From: an uncultured Deinococcaceae bacterium
Lineage (GTDB): Bacteria; Deinococcota; Deinococci; Deinococcales; Deinococcaceae
DNA: 64,000 nt
Direction: 5' to 3'
Assembly: GCA_964252075.1 (NCBI GenBank)
Contig: CAXULY010000022.1
Location: 1-64,000, forward strand
This document shows positions 52,448 to 61,283 of this stretch, one piece after another. Position 1 is the first letter of the stretch. Each line of letters begins with the position of its first letter. The notes beneath the pieces were generated by a model, which saw only the letters and a program-made list of their open reading frames with translations, ran no database searches and was not told the DNA's origin. Both the position numbers and the translations under genes were made by a program.

Positions 52448-53446
52448 TCAGGTGCGGGCGTAACTGCGGCGCAGCAGCCACAGGAAGTACGGGGCGCCCA
52501 GCACGGTGGTGACCACGCCCGCCGGGACTTCCAGCGGGGGCAGCAGCGCGCGGCCCAGCGTGTCCGCCAGCACCACCAGCAGCGCGCCGAGCAGCGCCGC
52601 GACCGGCAGCAGGCGCGCGTGACTGCCGCCCACCAGCCGCCGCGCGACGTGCGGCCCGATCAGGCCCACGAAGCCCAGCACACCGGCGCCCACCGTCGCG
52701 GCCCCCGCCAGCGCGACCGCCAGCGCGAGCGCCACGCCGCGCGCGCGTCCCACCCGCACGCCCAGCGACGTCGCGACCGCCTCCCCGAGTGCCAGGAGGT
52801 CCAGGCGGCGCGCGAGGGGTGGGGCCAGCACCAGCAGGACCGCCCACGGCAGCACCCGCCACAGGCGCTCCCAGTCCGCGCCGTACACGGTGCCGCTCAG
52901 GAACGCCAGCGCGCCCCCCACGCCGTCCGGCGCGCGCACCAGCACGAGGTCCCGCACGGCGCCCAGCGCCGCCGCGACCGCCACGCCCACCAGCGCGAGC
53001 CGCACGGGGTTCGCGGATCCGCGCTCGCTGGACAGCGCGGCGGTGAGCGCGAAGCCGCCCCACGCGCCCAGCACCGCACCCCACGGCAGCGCCCAGCCCG
53101 GCACGTTCGGCACGGCGAGCAGCAGCACCGTGACGGCCAGGCCCGCGCCTGCCCCCACGCCCACGAGGTCAGGGCTGGCGAGCGGGTTGCGCACCACGCC
53201 CTGCAGCAGCGCGCCGCTCAGCGCGAACATCGCGCCGCTCAGCGCGCCCACCAGCACGCGCGGCAGGCGCAGGTCCAGCACGATCTGCCGGGCGAGGTCG
53301 TCCCCGCGCCCCATGAGCGCGCCCACCACCTGCGCCGGGTCCAGCCGCACCGCGCCCAGGCCGAGCGCCAGCACGGCGGCCAGCGCCAGCAGGACCAGCA
53401 GGGCGAGCGGCACCGCCCGCCACCTCGCGCGCCGCGCGGCGGTCAC
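52448..53446 (-). CDS. FecCD family iron-chelate ABC permease
   Basis: LRLPR, RNPLASPD, FVGLIGPH, LGAPYF. Confidence 0.92.
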   Translation of the reverse strand: MTAARRARWRAVPLALLVLLALAAVLALGLGAVRLDPAQVVGALMGRGDDLARQIVLDLRLPRVLVGALSGAMFALSGALLQGVVRNPLASPDLVGVGAGAGLAVTVLLLAVPNVPGWALPWGAVLGAWGGFALTAALSSERGSANPVRLALVGVAVAAALGAVRDLVLVRAPDGVGGALAFLSGTVYGADWERLWRVLPWAVLLVLAPPLARRLDLLALGEAVATSLGVRVGRARGVALALAVALAGAATVGAGVLGFVGLIGPHVARRLVGGSHARLLPVAALLGALLVVLADTLGRALLPPLEVPAGVVTTVLGAPYFLWLLRRSYART

Positions 53447-54366
53447 TGGAGCGTGTAGCCCCGCGCGGGCGCGCGGTCGGCCAGCAGGCCGCTCGCGATG
53501 GCCTGCGCGACCATCAGCTTCAGGGCCATCGGGCCGCGCGCGCGCGTCCACAGGTCGCGGTCAAAGACGTACACGCGGCCCCGTTGCACCGCCGGGAGGC
53601 GCTGCCACAGGGGGTTCTGCGCCCAGGCGCGCGTGATGGGCACCTCGTCGGCGCCCGTGAAGAGCACCAGCGTCTGCGGCGCCAGGGCGGCGAGGCCCTC
53701 CAGCGACGTCTCGAACTGCGTCTGACCGCCCTGCGGCTTCACCGCGTCGCGCCGACCCAGCGCCTCCAGCAGGCTCCCCGCGAAACTCTCCGTGGTGTGC
53801 ACCGTCAGGGACTGCGGCGTGGCGACCGCCAGCACCATGCTGGGCGCCTTCTTCGCCGCGAAGGCGCGCGCCTTCTGCACCAGCCGCGCCTGATCCGCCA
53901 TGATGTTTCGCGCGACCGCTTCCCGGCCCACCAGGCGCCCGATCAGCAGCACCTGGTTCATGACGTCGTCGTAACTCGCGCGGCGCGAGGTCAGCACCGC
54001 GGTGGGCGCCAGGCGACCCAGCGGCCCCACCAGCGTCTTGTGAATCAGGGGGTCCGCGAGGATCAGGTCCGGGCGGCTCGCGGCGAGGCCCTCCAGGCTG
54101 GGCTGGCCGCGCGAGCCCACCTCACGCACGCCCACCAGGTGCGGCAGCAGGTAGGCGGGCGCGCCCCGGTCACCGCCCTGCGTGCCGATGGCCGCCGCGA
54201 CGGGCTTCACGCCCAGCGCGATCAGCGTGTCGAGGAAGCTGTACTCCAGCGGCACCACGCGCGTCGCGGGGGCTTTCAGCGTGAGGGGCCCCGTCTCGGT
54301 CGTGACGGTGACGGGCGCGGCGAGGGCGCTGCCCGCGAGCAGCAGGGACATCAGGAATCGTTTCAT
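53443..54366 (-). CDS. Iron-siderophore ABC substrate-binding protein
   Basis: Signal peptide, RVVPLEYSF, VGSRGQPSLE...PDLI, W..LPAVQ.GRVY. Confidence 0.9.
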   Translation of the reverse strand: MKRFLMSLLLAGSALAAPVTVTTETGPLTLKAPATRVVPLEYSFLDTLIALGVKPVAAAIGTQGGDRGAPAYLLPHLVGVREVGSRGQPSLEGLAASRPDLILADPLIHKTLVGPLGRLAPTAVLTSRRASYDDVMNQVLLIGRLVGREAVARNIMADQARLVQKARAFAAKKAPSMVLAVATPQSLTVHTTESFAGSLLEALGRRDAVKPQGGQTQFETSLEGLAALAPQTLVLFTGADEVPITRAWAQNPLWQRLPAVQRGRVYVFDRDLWTRARGPMALKLMVAQAIASGLLADRAPARGYTLQ

Positions 54367-54385
54367 GGCTTCAGACCTCCGGGTT

Positions 54386-55396
54386 TCAGGTGTCCGCGCG
54401 GCGCAGGCGCCGCGCGACCAGCACGAAGAACGGCGCGCCCAGCACCGCGATCAGGATGCCGACGGGCACCTCGGCGGGGCGGTTGACGAGGCGGGCGGCG
54501 GCGTCCGCGAGGGGCAGCAGGGCCGCGCCCAGCAGGGCGGCGAGGGGCAGGTTGCGGCGGTGATCGGGGCCGCTCAGGGCGCGCGCGGCGTGAGGCGCGA
54601 GGAGCCCCACGAAGCCCACCGGGCCGACCACGCTCACGGCGCTCGCGGCGAGCAGCACGCCCACCGCCGACACCAGCGCGGCGTCCCGGCGGGCGCGCGC
54701 GCCGAGGCTGCGCGCCACGTCCTCACCGAGCGCCAGCAGGTTCACGCGCCCCGCGAGCAGGAAGGCCGCGAGCAGGCCCACCGCCGTCCAGGGCAGCAAC
54801 TGCCACAGGGCGGGCCAGCCGCGGTTCACGAGCGTGCCCTGCAGGCTGAAGAGTGCGCCCTGCGCGCGCTGCTCGAACAGCACCAGCAGCGCGCGCGTGG
54901 TGGCCGCCGCGAGGGACGCGACCGTCACGCCCGCGAGTGCCAGCCGCAGCGGCGTGAACCCCACGCCCGCCGTGATGGTCAGGGCGACCGCCGCGGCCGC
55001 CAGCCCACCCACGAAGGCGAGCGGGACCAGCAGCGCCGTCAGGCCCGGGGCGAAGACCAGCACCAGCAGCACCGCGAGGGACGCGCCCGCCTCCACCCCC
55101 AGGATGCCGGGGTCCGCGAGCGGGTTGCGCGTCACGCCCTGCAGCAGCCCGCCGCTCACGCCGAGCGCCGCGCCCGCCAGCGCCGCGACCAGCGCGCGCG
55201 GCAGGCGCAGCGTCCACACCACGAGGCTGTCCGTGCCCTCCGACGGGTGCAGCAGCACCTCCAGCACGCGCGTGGGCGCCAGCGTCTGCGCGCCCACGCC
55301 CACCCCGAGCAGCAGCGCCAGCAGCAGCAGCACGCCCGCCAGCGTCAGGGCCGCGCCGGGCCGCAGGCGCACGGCGGGGAACCGCGCGGCCCTCAC
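54386..55396 (-). CDS. FecCD family iron-chelate ABC permease
   Basis: LRLPR, TRNPLADP, FVGLLAPH, LGAPFF. Confidence 0.92.
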   Translation of the reverse strand: MRAARFPAVRLRPGAALTLAGVLLLLALLLGVGVGAQTLAPTRVLEVLLHPSEGTDSLVVWTLRLPRALVAALAGAALGVSGGLLQGVTRNPLADPGILGVEAGASLAVLLVLVFAPGLTALLVPLAFVGGLAAAAVALTITAGVGFTPLRLALAGVTVASLAAATTRALLVLFEQRAQGALFSLQGTLVNRGWPALWQLLPWTAVGLLAAFLLAGRVNLLALGEDVARSLGARARRDAALVSAVGVLLAASAVSVVGPVGFVGLLAPHAARALSGPDHRRNLPLAALLGAALLPLADAAARLVNRPAEVPVGILIAVLGAPFFVLVARRLRRADT

Positions 55397-56343
55397 CGCC
55401 CCTCCAGGGTGCAGGTGTACTGCGCCACCGCCTGCGTGAGCGGGGAGTCGCTGCGCGGGCGCACCTCGAGTGGCGCCGCGCGCCGCACCCACGCGCGGTA
55501 CTGATGCACGGTGCCGGAGGGGTCCGTGGCGCACAGGAGCACCTCGCTGCCCTCATCGTCCCGGGCGGTGACCTGTACCTGCACGTCCGCGTCAAGCCAC
55601 CACCAGCCCGCGCGCATGAACGCCTCGCGCTCCGCCACCTGAGCGATGGGCTCCAGCGCGCCCCAGCCGCGGTAATGCCCGCGCAGGCGGGTGTGGTCGC
55701 CCTGCCGGTCGTGCAGCGCTGCCGCGAGGTCTTCGTCCATGAACGCCCACGCGCGGCCGCTCGGCAACTCCGTCACGGTCGGGGCGAAACGGTGTCCGCC
55801 CAGGTGCGCGCTGCGCCACACGCGCGCGCCCCGCTCACGCAGCGCCGCGTACAGGGGGTACCCATGCCGCCCGCATGCGGCGTCCACGTGGCCGTGCGTG
55901 CACACGAGCCACTCCGTGGGCGCGCCGGGGTCAGGTGTGGGTCGCTCGTCGCCCCGCAGGGCGCGCTCCATGAGATCCAGCAGCGCGTCCTCGTTCAGGT
56001 GGTGCGTCTGCTGGGCAACCGCGCCGTCCTGCCGCGCGTAATGCCGCACGCGCGTGCCCGTGCGGAGGTCCCGCCCACTGCCGTCGTCGTACAGGTAGAG
56101 GCCGAAACCCACCCCGCGCGCCTGCACCCACGCCCCGAGGTGCGCCTGCACCGCCTGGCGGCGCGCGCTCCAGCGCGCGGGGTCGCGGAAGGCGTCCCAC
56201 GCGCGCAGGGGGAGGGCCACGGCGAGCGCCTGATCCCAGCGCGCGGCGGTCCCGATGGGGTCCTCACCGGCCGCGCGGGCCGCCCAGTTGCACAGGGGAG
56301 TTCGCCCGCCGTAGTCATCGCTGGGTTGCCCACAGGGGGTCAC
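55393..56343 (-). CDS. Sucrase/ferredoxin-like (thioredoxin-like 2Fe-2S) protein; start uncertain
   Basis: EDPIGTA, LVCTHGHVDAACG (CX8C), HLGGHRFAPT, HYRGW. Confidence 0.85.
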   Translation of the reverse strand: MTPCGQPSDDYGGRTPLCNWAARAAGEDPIGTAARWDQALAVALPLRAWDAFRDPARWSARRQAVQAHLGAWVQARGVGFGLYLYDDGSGRDLRTGTRVRHYARQDGAVAQQTHHLNEDALLDLMERALRGDERPTPDPGAPTEWLVCTHGHVDAACGRHGYPLYAALRERGARVWRSAHLGGHRFAPTVTELPSGRAWAFMDEDLAAALHDRQGDHTRLRGHYRGWGALEPIAQVAEREAFMRAGWWWLDADVQVQVTARDDEGSEVLLCATDPSGTVHQYRAWVRRAAPLEVRPRSDSPLTQAVAQYTCTLEGR

Positions 56344-56637
56344 GGGCCCCGCAGGTGTGCCGTGCGCCCGGCTGACGCTCAAGGGTGAGGCAAGTTCGGT
56401 AGGAGCGTCGCCGCAGTGCGGCGTGGACCAGCGCTGGACCGCGGCGTGCCTGATGTCGCCCCTTTGCTGGTGGAGGGGCGACGTCCAGCGTGGGGCGGTC
56501 TGGTGTGAGGGGAGGCTGGAACTCGGGCATGCGGTCCTTTCAACGGTGCCATGTGGAAAATCGTATTAATCCTACTGGCATACCCGGGTTTGGCATGCGG
56601 GGCGAACGTCCCGCGCCGCCACTCCCTACACTGGGGC

Positions 56638-57135
56638 GTGCCGTCCCGCCTGCTGCGCCGCCTGCGCGCCCTGCCCGCCAAGCTCACCCGCCTCGCGCGT
56701 AGCCTGAGCGCCCGCCAGGCCCAGCCGGACGACGCCTGGGCGCTGGCCTTCCTGAACCCCGGCGAGTCGCGCGTGTACCGCGGCCTCGACCCGCGTGACC
56801 GCGAGCACGCCTGCCGCATCACGCGCGCCCTCCTCGCCGCGCACCCCGGCCAGCCTGAGGAGGTGATCGCCGCCGCACTGCTGCACGACAGCGGTAAGTC
56901 AGGCCGCCCGTACCGCGTGTGGGAGCGCGTGGCGGCGGGCCTCGTGCCGCTCCCGCTGGCGCGCTGCCTGCCGCTCGGCGCGGTGCGCGTCCGCGCGCAC
57001 CACCCGGAACTGGGCGCCGCGCTGCTCCGACGCGCGGGCGCGCGCCCGCGCGTCGCGGAACTCGTCGCGCGGCACCACGCGCCCGGCGGGGACGCGCAGG
57101 CGGCCCTGCTGCACCGCTTCGACGACCTGGAGTGA
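56638..57135 (+). CDS. HD domain protein
   Basis: DREH, AALLHD.GK, HPELGA, RHH; TACACT 5 nt before the GTG. Confidence 0.85.
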   Translation: MPSRLLRRLRALPAKLTRLARSLSARQAQPDDAWALAFLNPGESRVYRGLDPRDREHACRITRALLAAHPGQPEEVIAAALLHDSGKSGRPYRVWERVAAGLVPLPLARCLPLGAVRVRAHHPELGAALLRRAGARPRVAELVARHHAPGGDAQAALLHRFDDLE

Positions 57136-57144
57136 AGCGCGCGC

Positions 57145-57173
57145 TTGACAAGTGCCGGTCCCGGCCCTAGACT
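57145..57173 (+). promoter_or_regulatory. Sigma-70-type promoter of tRNA-Glu
   Basis: TTGACA-17 nt-TAGACT. Confidence 0.85.
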
Positions 57174-57219
57174 CATTCCCGCTGCTTTCCGCCGGCCTAG
57201 AGGCGCGCAGCCACCGGAC

Positions 57220-57296
<77 letters not shown>

Positions 57297-57297
57297 C

Positions 57298-57325
57298 AAG
57301 CGCCGCCTGAACAGGCGGCGCTTTT
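57298..57325 (+). terminator. tRNA-Glu terminator
   Basis: AAGCGCCGCCTG/CAGGCGGCGCTT plus T run. Confidence 0.88.
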
Positions 57326-57379
57326 CCGTGTATGCCATTCGGCGGGTGAAGCCGCGCCGCGAGCCCACTACCCTGAGGC

Positions 57380-58396
57380 GTGACGCCTGACCTGCACCTC
57401 GCCCTCCACGACCTGCGCGCCGCCCTCGGCGATTACCTGGACCGCGACCGCGCGGACGGTGTCTTTCAGCTTCAGGTGCTGGGGGCGGGCAGCGTGCCGG
57501 GCCTTGAGGACCTCGCGCCGCCCACGGTGTACTTGGACCTGTTGCCCGACCCGCCCACCGAGGATCAGCGCGCCGCCATCACCGCCCTCGGCTACGATTG
57601 GTCGGCGCCCAGGAGCGCCCGCCACCCGGGCGGCTGGACCCTGGAACTGCACGACTTCACCGACACGACCGCTCCGGACCCGCTGGCCCTGCACCGCTGG
57701 CTGCTGCACCACGAGTCGGCGCGGCATCAGTACCGCGAGGCGTTCACCAGGAGTGGTGGGGTGCCGGACGCGATCCTGCTGCCGCAGGCGCGCGCCTGGC
57801 TGACGGCGGACCTCGGGTGGCGTCCGCTCCAGCAGGCGCTCGCGGCGCTGGGTGATCTGCCCGGCCCCGTGATGTTCGCGGGCGGCTGGGCGCTCGACCT
57901 GACGCTCGGGCGGCCCACGCGCCTGCACGAGGACGTGGACCTGATCGCGCCGCGCGCGCAGCAGATGGAGGTCCGCGAGCGCCTGCTGTTGGGCGGGTGG
58001 CGACTGGACGTCAGCGTGGAGCACCAGTACCGTCGCTGGGACGCGCCGCTGCCCGAGGGCGCGCACCAGGTCCACGCGCGGCACCCGGCCTTCGCGTCAC
58101 ACCTGCTGGACGTCCTGTTCACGGACATGGACGAGGGCACGTGGCGGTACCGCCGCGACCCGTCCATCACCCTGCCCATGACGCGCGTGGGCCGGGTGGC
58201 CCCGAATGGCCTGCCGCACCTCGCGCCGGAGGCGGTGCTGCTCTTCAAGAGCGGCGGTGCGGGCCGCGCGCCCAGGGGCAAGGACGCCCTGGACTTCGAG
58301 CGCGCCCTGCCGCACCTGGATGGGGAAGCCCGCGCGTGGCTTTCGTCCGTTCTGGACCCCGCCCACGCGTGGCAGTCCGCCTTGCGGGATGGGTGA
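57380..58396 (+). CDS. Two-domain nucleotidyltransferase-fold protein (degenerate GrpB-like N-terminus; aminoglycoside/lincosamide NTase-like C-terminus)
   Basis: GSVPGL in the N-terminal half; AGGWALD...TRLHEDVD, LAPEAVLLFK and KD..DF in the C-terminal half. Confidence 0.75.
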   Translation: MTPDLHLALHDLRAALGDYLDRDRADGVFQLQVLGAGSVPGLEDLAPPTVYLDLLPDPPTEDQRAAITALGYDWSAPRSARHPGGWTLELHDFTDTTAPDPLALHRWLLHHESARHQYREAFTRSGGVPDAILLPQARAWLTADLGWRPLQQALAALGDLPGPVMFAGGWALDLTLGRPTRLHEDVDLIAPRAQQMEVRERLLLGGWRLDVSVEHQYRRWDAPLPEGAHQVHARHPAFASHLLDVLFTDMDEGTWRYRRDPSITLPMTRVGRVAPNGLPHLAPEAVLLFKSGGAGRAPRGKDALDFERALPHLDGEARAWLSSVLDPAHAWQSALRDG

Positions 58397-58422
58397 AGGG
58401 TGCGGCACGCCGCACCCTTCAC
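58393..58422. terminator. Perfect hairpin between convergent genes
   Basis: GTGAAGGGTGCGGC/GCCGCACCCTTCAC. Confidence 0.7.
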
Positions 58423-58425
58423 GGT

Positions 58426-58923
58426 TCACTTCACGCGCTGTTCCAGCGGTGGGATTCTGAGGCCGCCCTTGCCATCCCAGCCCTTGAAGGCGTAAAAGCG
58501 GCCCGGCAGGCCAGTGGTCAGGTAGTCGGTGAGCGGCTCACGCATGGGGGGACTCTCCAGCCGCCCCATCGCTTCCTCCGGCGTGAAGAAGCGGGCCTCC
58601 ACGATGAAGCCGTCCGGGTCTGCGGGATTCAGCAGGCCCTCCCACGTCGCGTCGAACACCACCGCCATGGCGCGCTCCCCACGCCGCTCGTCCTCAATGT
58701 GAACGGTGTACGCCATGTGCCGGATGCCTTTTACCTTCAGCCCGGTCTCCTCGAAGATCTCCCGGTACAGCGCCTCGGGAATGATCTCGCCCGGCTCGAC
58801 CACGCCGCCCGGCAGGGTGTACCGCACGCGCCCGGCGCCCTGCCAGTCGTTCCCGACCAGCAGCACCCGGCCCTGCGCGTCTCGAAGCACCGCTGCCGTG
58901 ACCAGCAGGTCACGCCGCGCCAT
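58426..58923 (-). CDS. Nudix hydrolase
   Basis: [23 protein letters not shown]udix box. Confidence 0.92.
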   Translation of the reverse strand: MARRDLLVTAAVLRDAQGRVLLVGNDWQGAGRVRYTLPGGVVEPGEIIPEALYREIFEETGLKVKGIRHMAYTVHIEDERRGERAMAVVFDATWEGLLNPADPDGFIVEARFFTPEEAMGRLESPPMREPLTDYLTTGLPGRFYAFKGWDGKGGLRIPPLEQRVK

Positions 58924-59998
58924 GCGTCATCTCGGTCAGGAGGGCCTCGCGTTCCTGCTGCAGCAGCGCCGCGTTGATGGGGGCCAGCTCCCCGTTCATG
59001 ACGGCGCCCAGGTCGAAGTTCTTCTGCTCGCCCGTCAGGCGGTGGTCCGTCACGCGGTTTTGCGGGTAGTTGTACGTGCGGATCTTCTCGCTGCGGTCCC
59101 CGCTGCCCACCTGCGCCGCGCGGTTCGCGCGTTCGCTCGCCTCGCGCGCCTCACGCTCGCGCTGCGCGAGGCGCGTGCGCAACTCCGTGAGGGCCTTCTC
59201 GCGGTTCTTAATCTGGCTGCGCGACTCCTGACACACCACCACGATCTCATCGGGCGTGCCCGCGCGGTACACCGCGCGCACCGCGGAATCCGTGGTGTTC
59301 ACGCCCTGCCCGCCCGCGCCCTGCGAGCGGTACACGTCAATGCGCACCTCGCTGAGGTCCAGCTGCACCTCGGACTCCTCGGCCTCCGCGAGGACCGCCA
59401 CCGTCACGGTGCTGGTGTGAATGCGCCCGGCGGATTCCGTGGCGGGCACGCGCTGCACGCGGTGCACGCCCCGCTCGAACTTGAAGGCCCTGAAGGCGTC
59501 ATCGCCCGTCACTTCCGCCACGACCTTCGCGAAGCCGCCCAGGTCGCTCTCGCCCGCGTCCAGCACGTTCAGGGCGAGGCGCTGGCCTTCCGCGTACCGC
59601 TGGTACAGGCGCAGCAGGTCCGCCGCGAACAGCCCGGCCTCCGCGCCGCCCGCGCCCGCGCGCAACTCCAGAATCACGTTCTTGTGGTCGTCCGGGTCGC
59701 GCGGCAGGAGCAGCACCTCCAGTTCCGCCTCGATGTCCGCCATGCGGCGCTGCGCGGCCTCTAAGTCCTGCTGCGCGAGCTCCCGCATCTCCGGGTCGCC
59801 CAGCAGCTCGCTGGCGTCCTCGCGCTGCTGGCTGAGGTCCTGGTACTCGCGCCACAGGACCACGATGGGGGTGAGTTCACGGTGCCGCCGCGTGAGGTCC
59901 AGCAGGCGGCGGGTGTCCGTCATGAGCTCAGGGTCGGCCAGTCGGTGTTCAGTGGTGGTGTACTCGTGCTCCAGGTCGGTCAGGCGCTCGGTCAGCAC
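58910..59998 (-). CDS. prfA: Peptide chain release factor 1
   Basis: [11 protein letters not shown] (PxT motif), [29 protein letters not shown]; probable GTG start at 59998. Confidence 0.96.
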   Translation of the reverse strand: MLTERLTDLEHEYTTTEHRLADPELMTDTRRLLDLTRRHRELTPIVVLWREYQDLSQQREDASELLGDPEMRELAQQDLEAAQRRMADIEAELEVLLLPRDPDDHKNVILELRAGAGGAEAGLFAADLLRLYQRYAEGQRLALNVLDAGESDLGGFAKVVAEVTGDDAFRAFKFERGVHRVQRVPATESAGRIHTSTVTVAVLAEAEESEVQLDLSEVRIDVYRSQGAGGQGVNTTDSAVRAVYRAGTPDEIVVVCQESRSQIKNREKALTELRTRLAQREREAREASERANRAAQVGSGDRSEKIRTYNYPQNRVTDHRLTGEQKNFDLGAVMNGELAPINAALLQQEREALLTEMTHGAA

Positions 59999-60170
59999 GG
60001 TGCCCGGCCCCGCTGCGAGAGGGCGAAAAAACGCTCGTGGATCATGCACCCAGTCTAGCCCAGGGGCCAAGCGCGACCGGAGGGAAGCTTTCTAATCGAG
60101 CGCATGACTCCGATGACGTTCCTCTCATGCCCGGGCGCGCCGAATGCCGCCCGCGCCCGGACGGCCTGAC

Positions 60171-61133
60171 GTGCGGACCGTGACGGTCGGGGTGCTGGGC
60201 AGCGGCACCGTGGGCGCCAGCGTGCTGACCCTGCTGGAGCGGCGCCGCGACATCCTGGAGAGCATGGGCGTGCGCGTGCGCGTCGCGGGTGTGCTGGTGC
60301 GCGACACCACCCGCGCGCGCGACATCCCGGACGCCAGCCTGCTCACCAGTGACCCCAGCTTCCTGAACGGCTGCGGCCTTGTGATCGAGGCGATGGGCGG
60401 CGTGGACCGCCCGCTGTCGCTGCTGCTGCCGTACCTGGAGTCGGGCCGCCCGCTCGTCACGGCGAACAAGGCGATGCTGGCGGAACGCTGGGACGTCCTG
60501 AAGGAACACGCGCTCGCGGGGCGGCTGTACTACGAGGCCAGCGTGATGGCGGGCACGCCCGTGATCGGGCCCATGAGCACCGTGCTGCGCGCCAGCCGCT
60601 TCGAGTCGCTGATGGCCGTCGTGAACGGCACCTGCAATTACATCCTGGGCCGCATGGAGCAGGGCGGCAGTTACGCGGACGCACTCGCAGAAGCGCAGCG
60701 CCTCGGATACGCCGAGGACCCCCCCACCCTCGACGTGGGCGGCTGGGACAGTGCGCATAAACTCGCGGTCCTCGCGCGCTTCTGCGCGGACGGCGACTTC
60801 CCCTTCGACGCCATTCGCGTGTCGGGCATCGACGCGCTCACGGAGGCGGACATTCAGGACGCCATGCGCAGCGGCGAGCGCTACAAGCTCGTGGCGCGAC
60901 TGGAGCGGGCGGGGGAGGGCTGGCGCGCGAGCGTGGCCCCCGAGCGGCTCCCACAGGACCACCCGCTCGTCACGGCGGGCTCCAGCCGCAACGCGCTCGT
61001 GTACCACGGCGAGGAATGCGGCGACCTGATCTTCGCGGGGGGCGGCGCGGGCGGCCTCATCACCGCGAGCGCCGTGGTGGGCGACGTGCTCGACCACCTG
61101 ATCGGCTTCCCCGGTCACGTCCCCCTGCACTGA
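60171..61133 (+). CDS. hom: Homoserine dehydrogenase (short form, no ACT domain)
   Basis: [43 protein letters not shown] at 60171 preferred over ATG at 60144. Confidence 0.93.
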   Translation: MRTVTVGVLGSGTVGASVLTLLERRRDILESMGVRVRVAGVLVRDTTRARDIPDASLLTSDPSFLNGCGLVIEAMGGVDRPLSLLLPYLESGRPLVTANKAMLAERWDVLKEHALAGRLYYEASVMAGTPVIGPMSTVLRASRFESLMAVVNGTCNYILGRMEQGGSYADALAEAQRLGYAEDPPTLDVGGWDSAHKLAVLARFCADGDFPFDAIRVSGIDALTEADIQDAMRSGERYKLVARLERAGEGWRASVAPERLPQDHPLVTAGSSRNALVYHGEECGDLIFAGGGAGGLITASAVVGDVLDHLIGFPGHVPLH

Positions 61134-61238
61134 GCACGGGGGCCGGGGCGAGCCCTGGGGGTCAGCTGGCGTGCGTGAGACGGCGCGGCCACTCCGGGAA
61201 GGGCTTCCCCTGCGAAGCGCCTCACGTGGCATGAAATG

Positions 61239-61273
61239 AAAAAGCGCGCCCGGCCACCTCTGGCCGGGCGCGC
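61239..61273 (-). terminator. Terminator between convergent genes
   Basis: GCGCGCCCGGCCA/TGGCCGGGCGCGC with T5 on the minus strand. Confidence 0.82.
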
Positions 61274-61283
61274 ACAATTCGCT

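Noticed and set aside
56344..56560. Cobalamin riboswitch upstream of the FecCD operon
   Set aside because: No B12-box or GGGAA..GGTG core recognisable on the minus strand
61157..61230. Possible structured element after hom (CGTGAG...CTCACG enclosing GGGAAG/CTTCCC)
   Set aside because: Short GC-rich pairings arise by chance; no promoter or second copy seen
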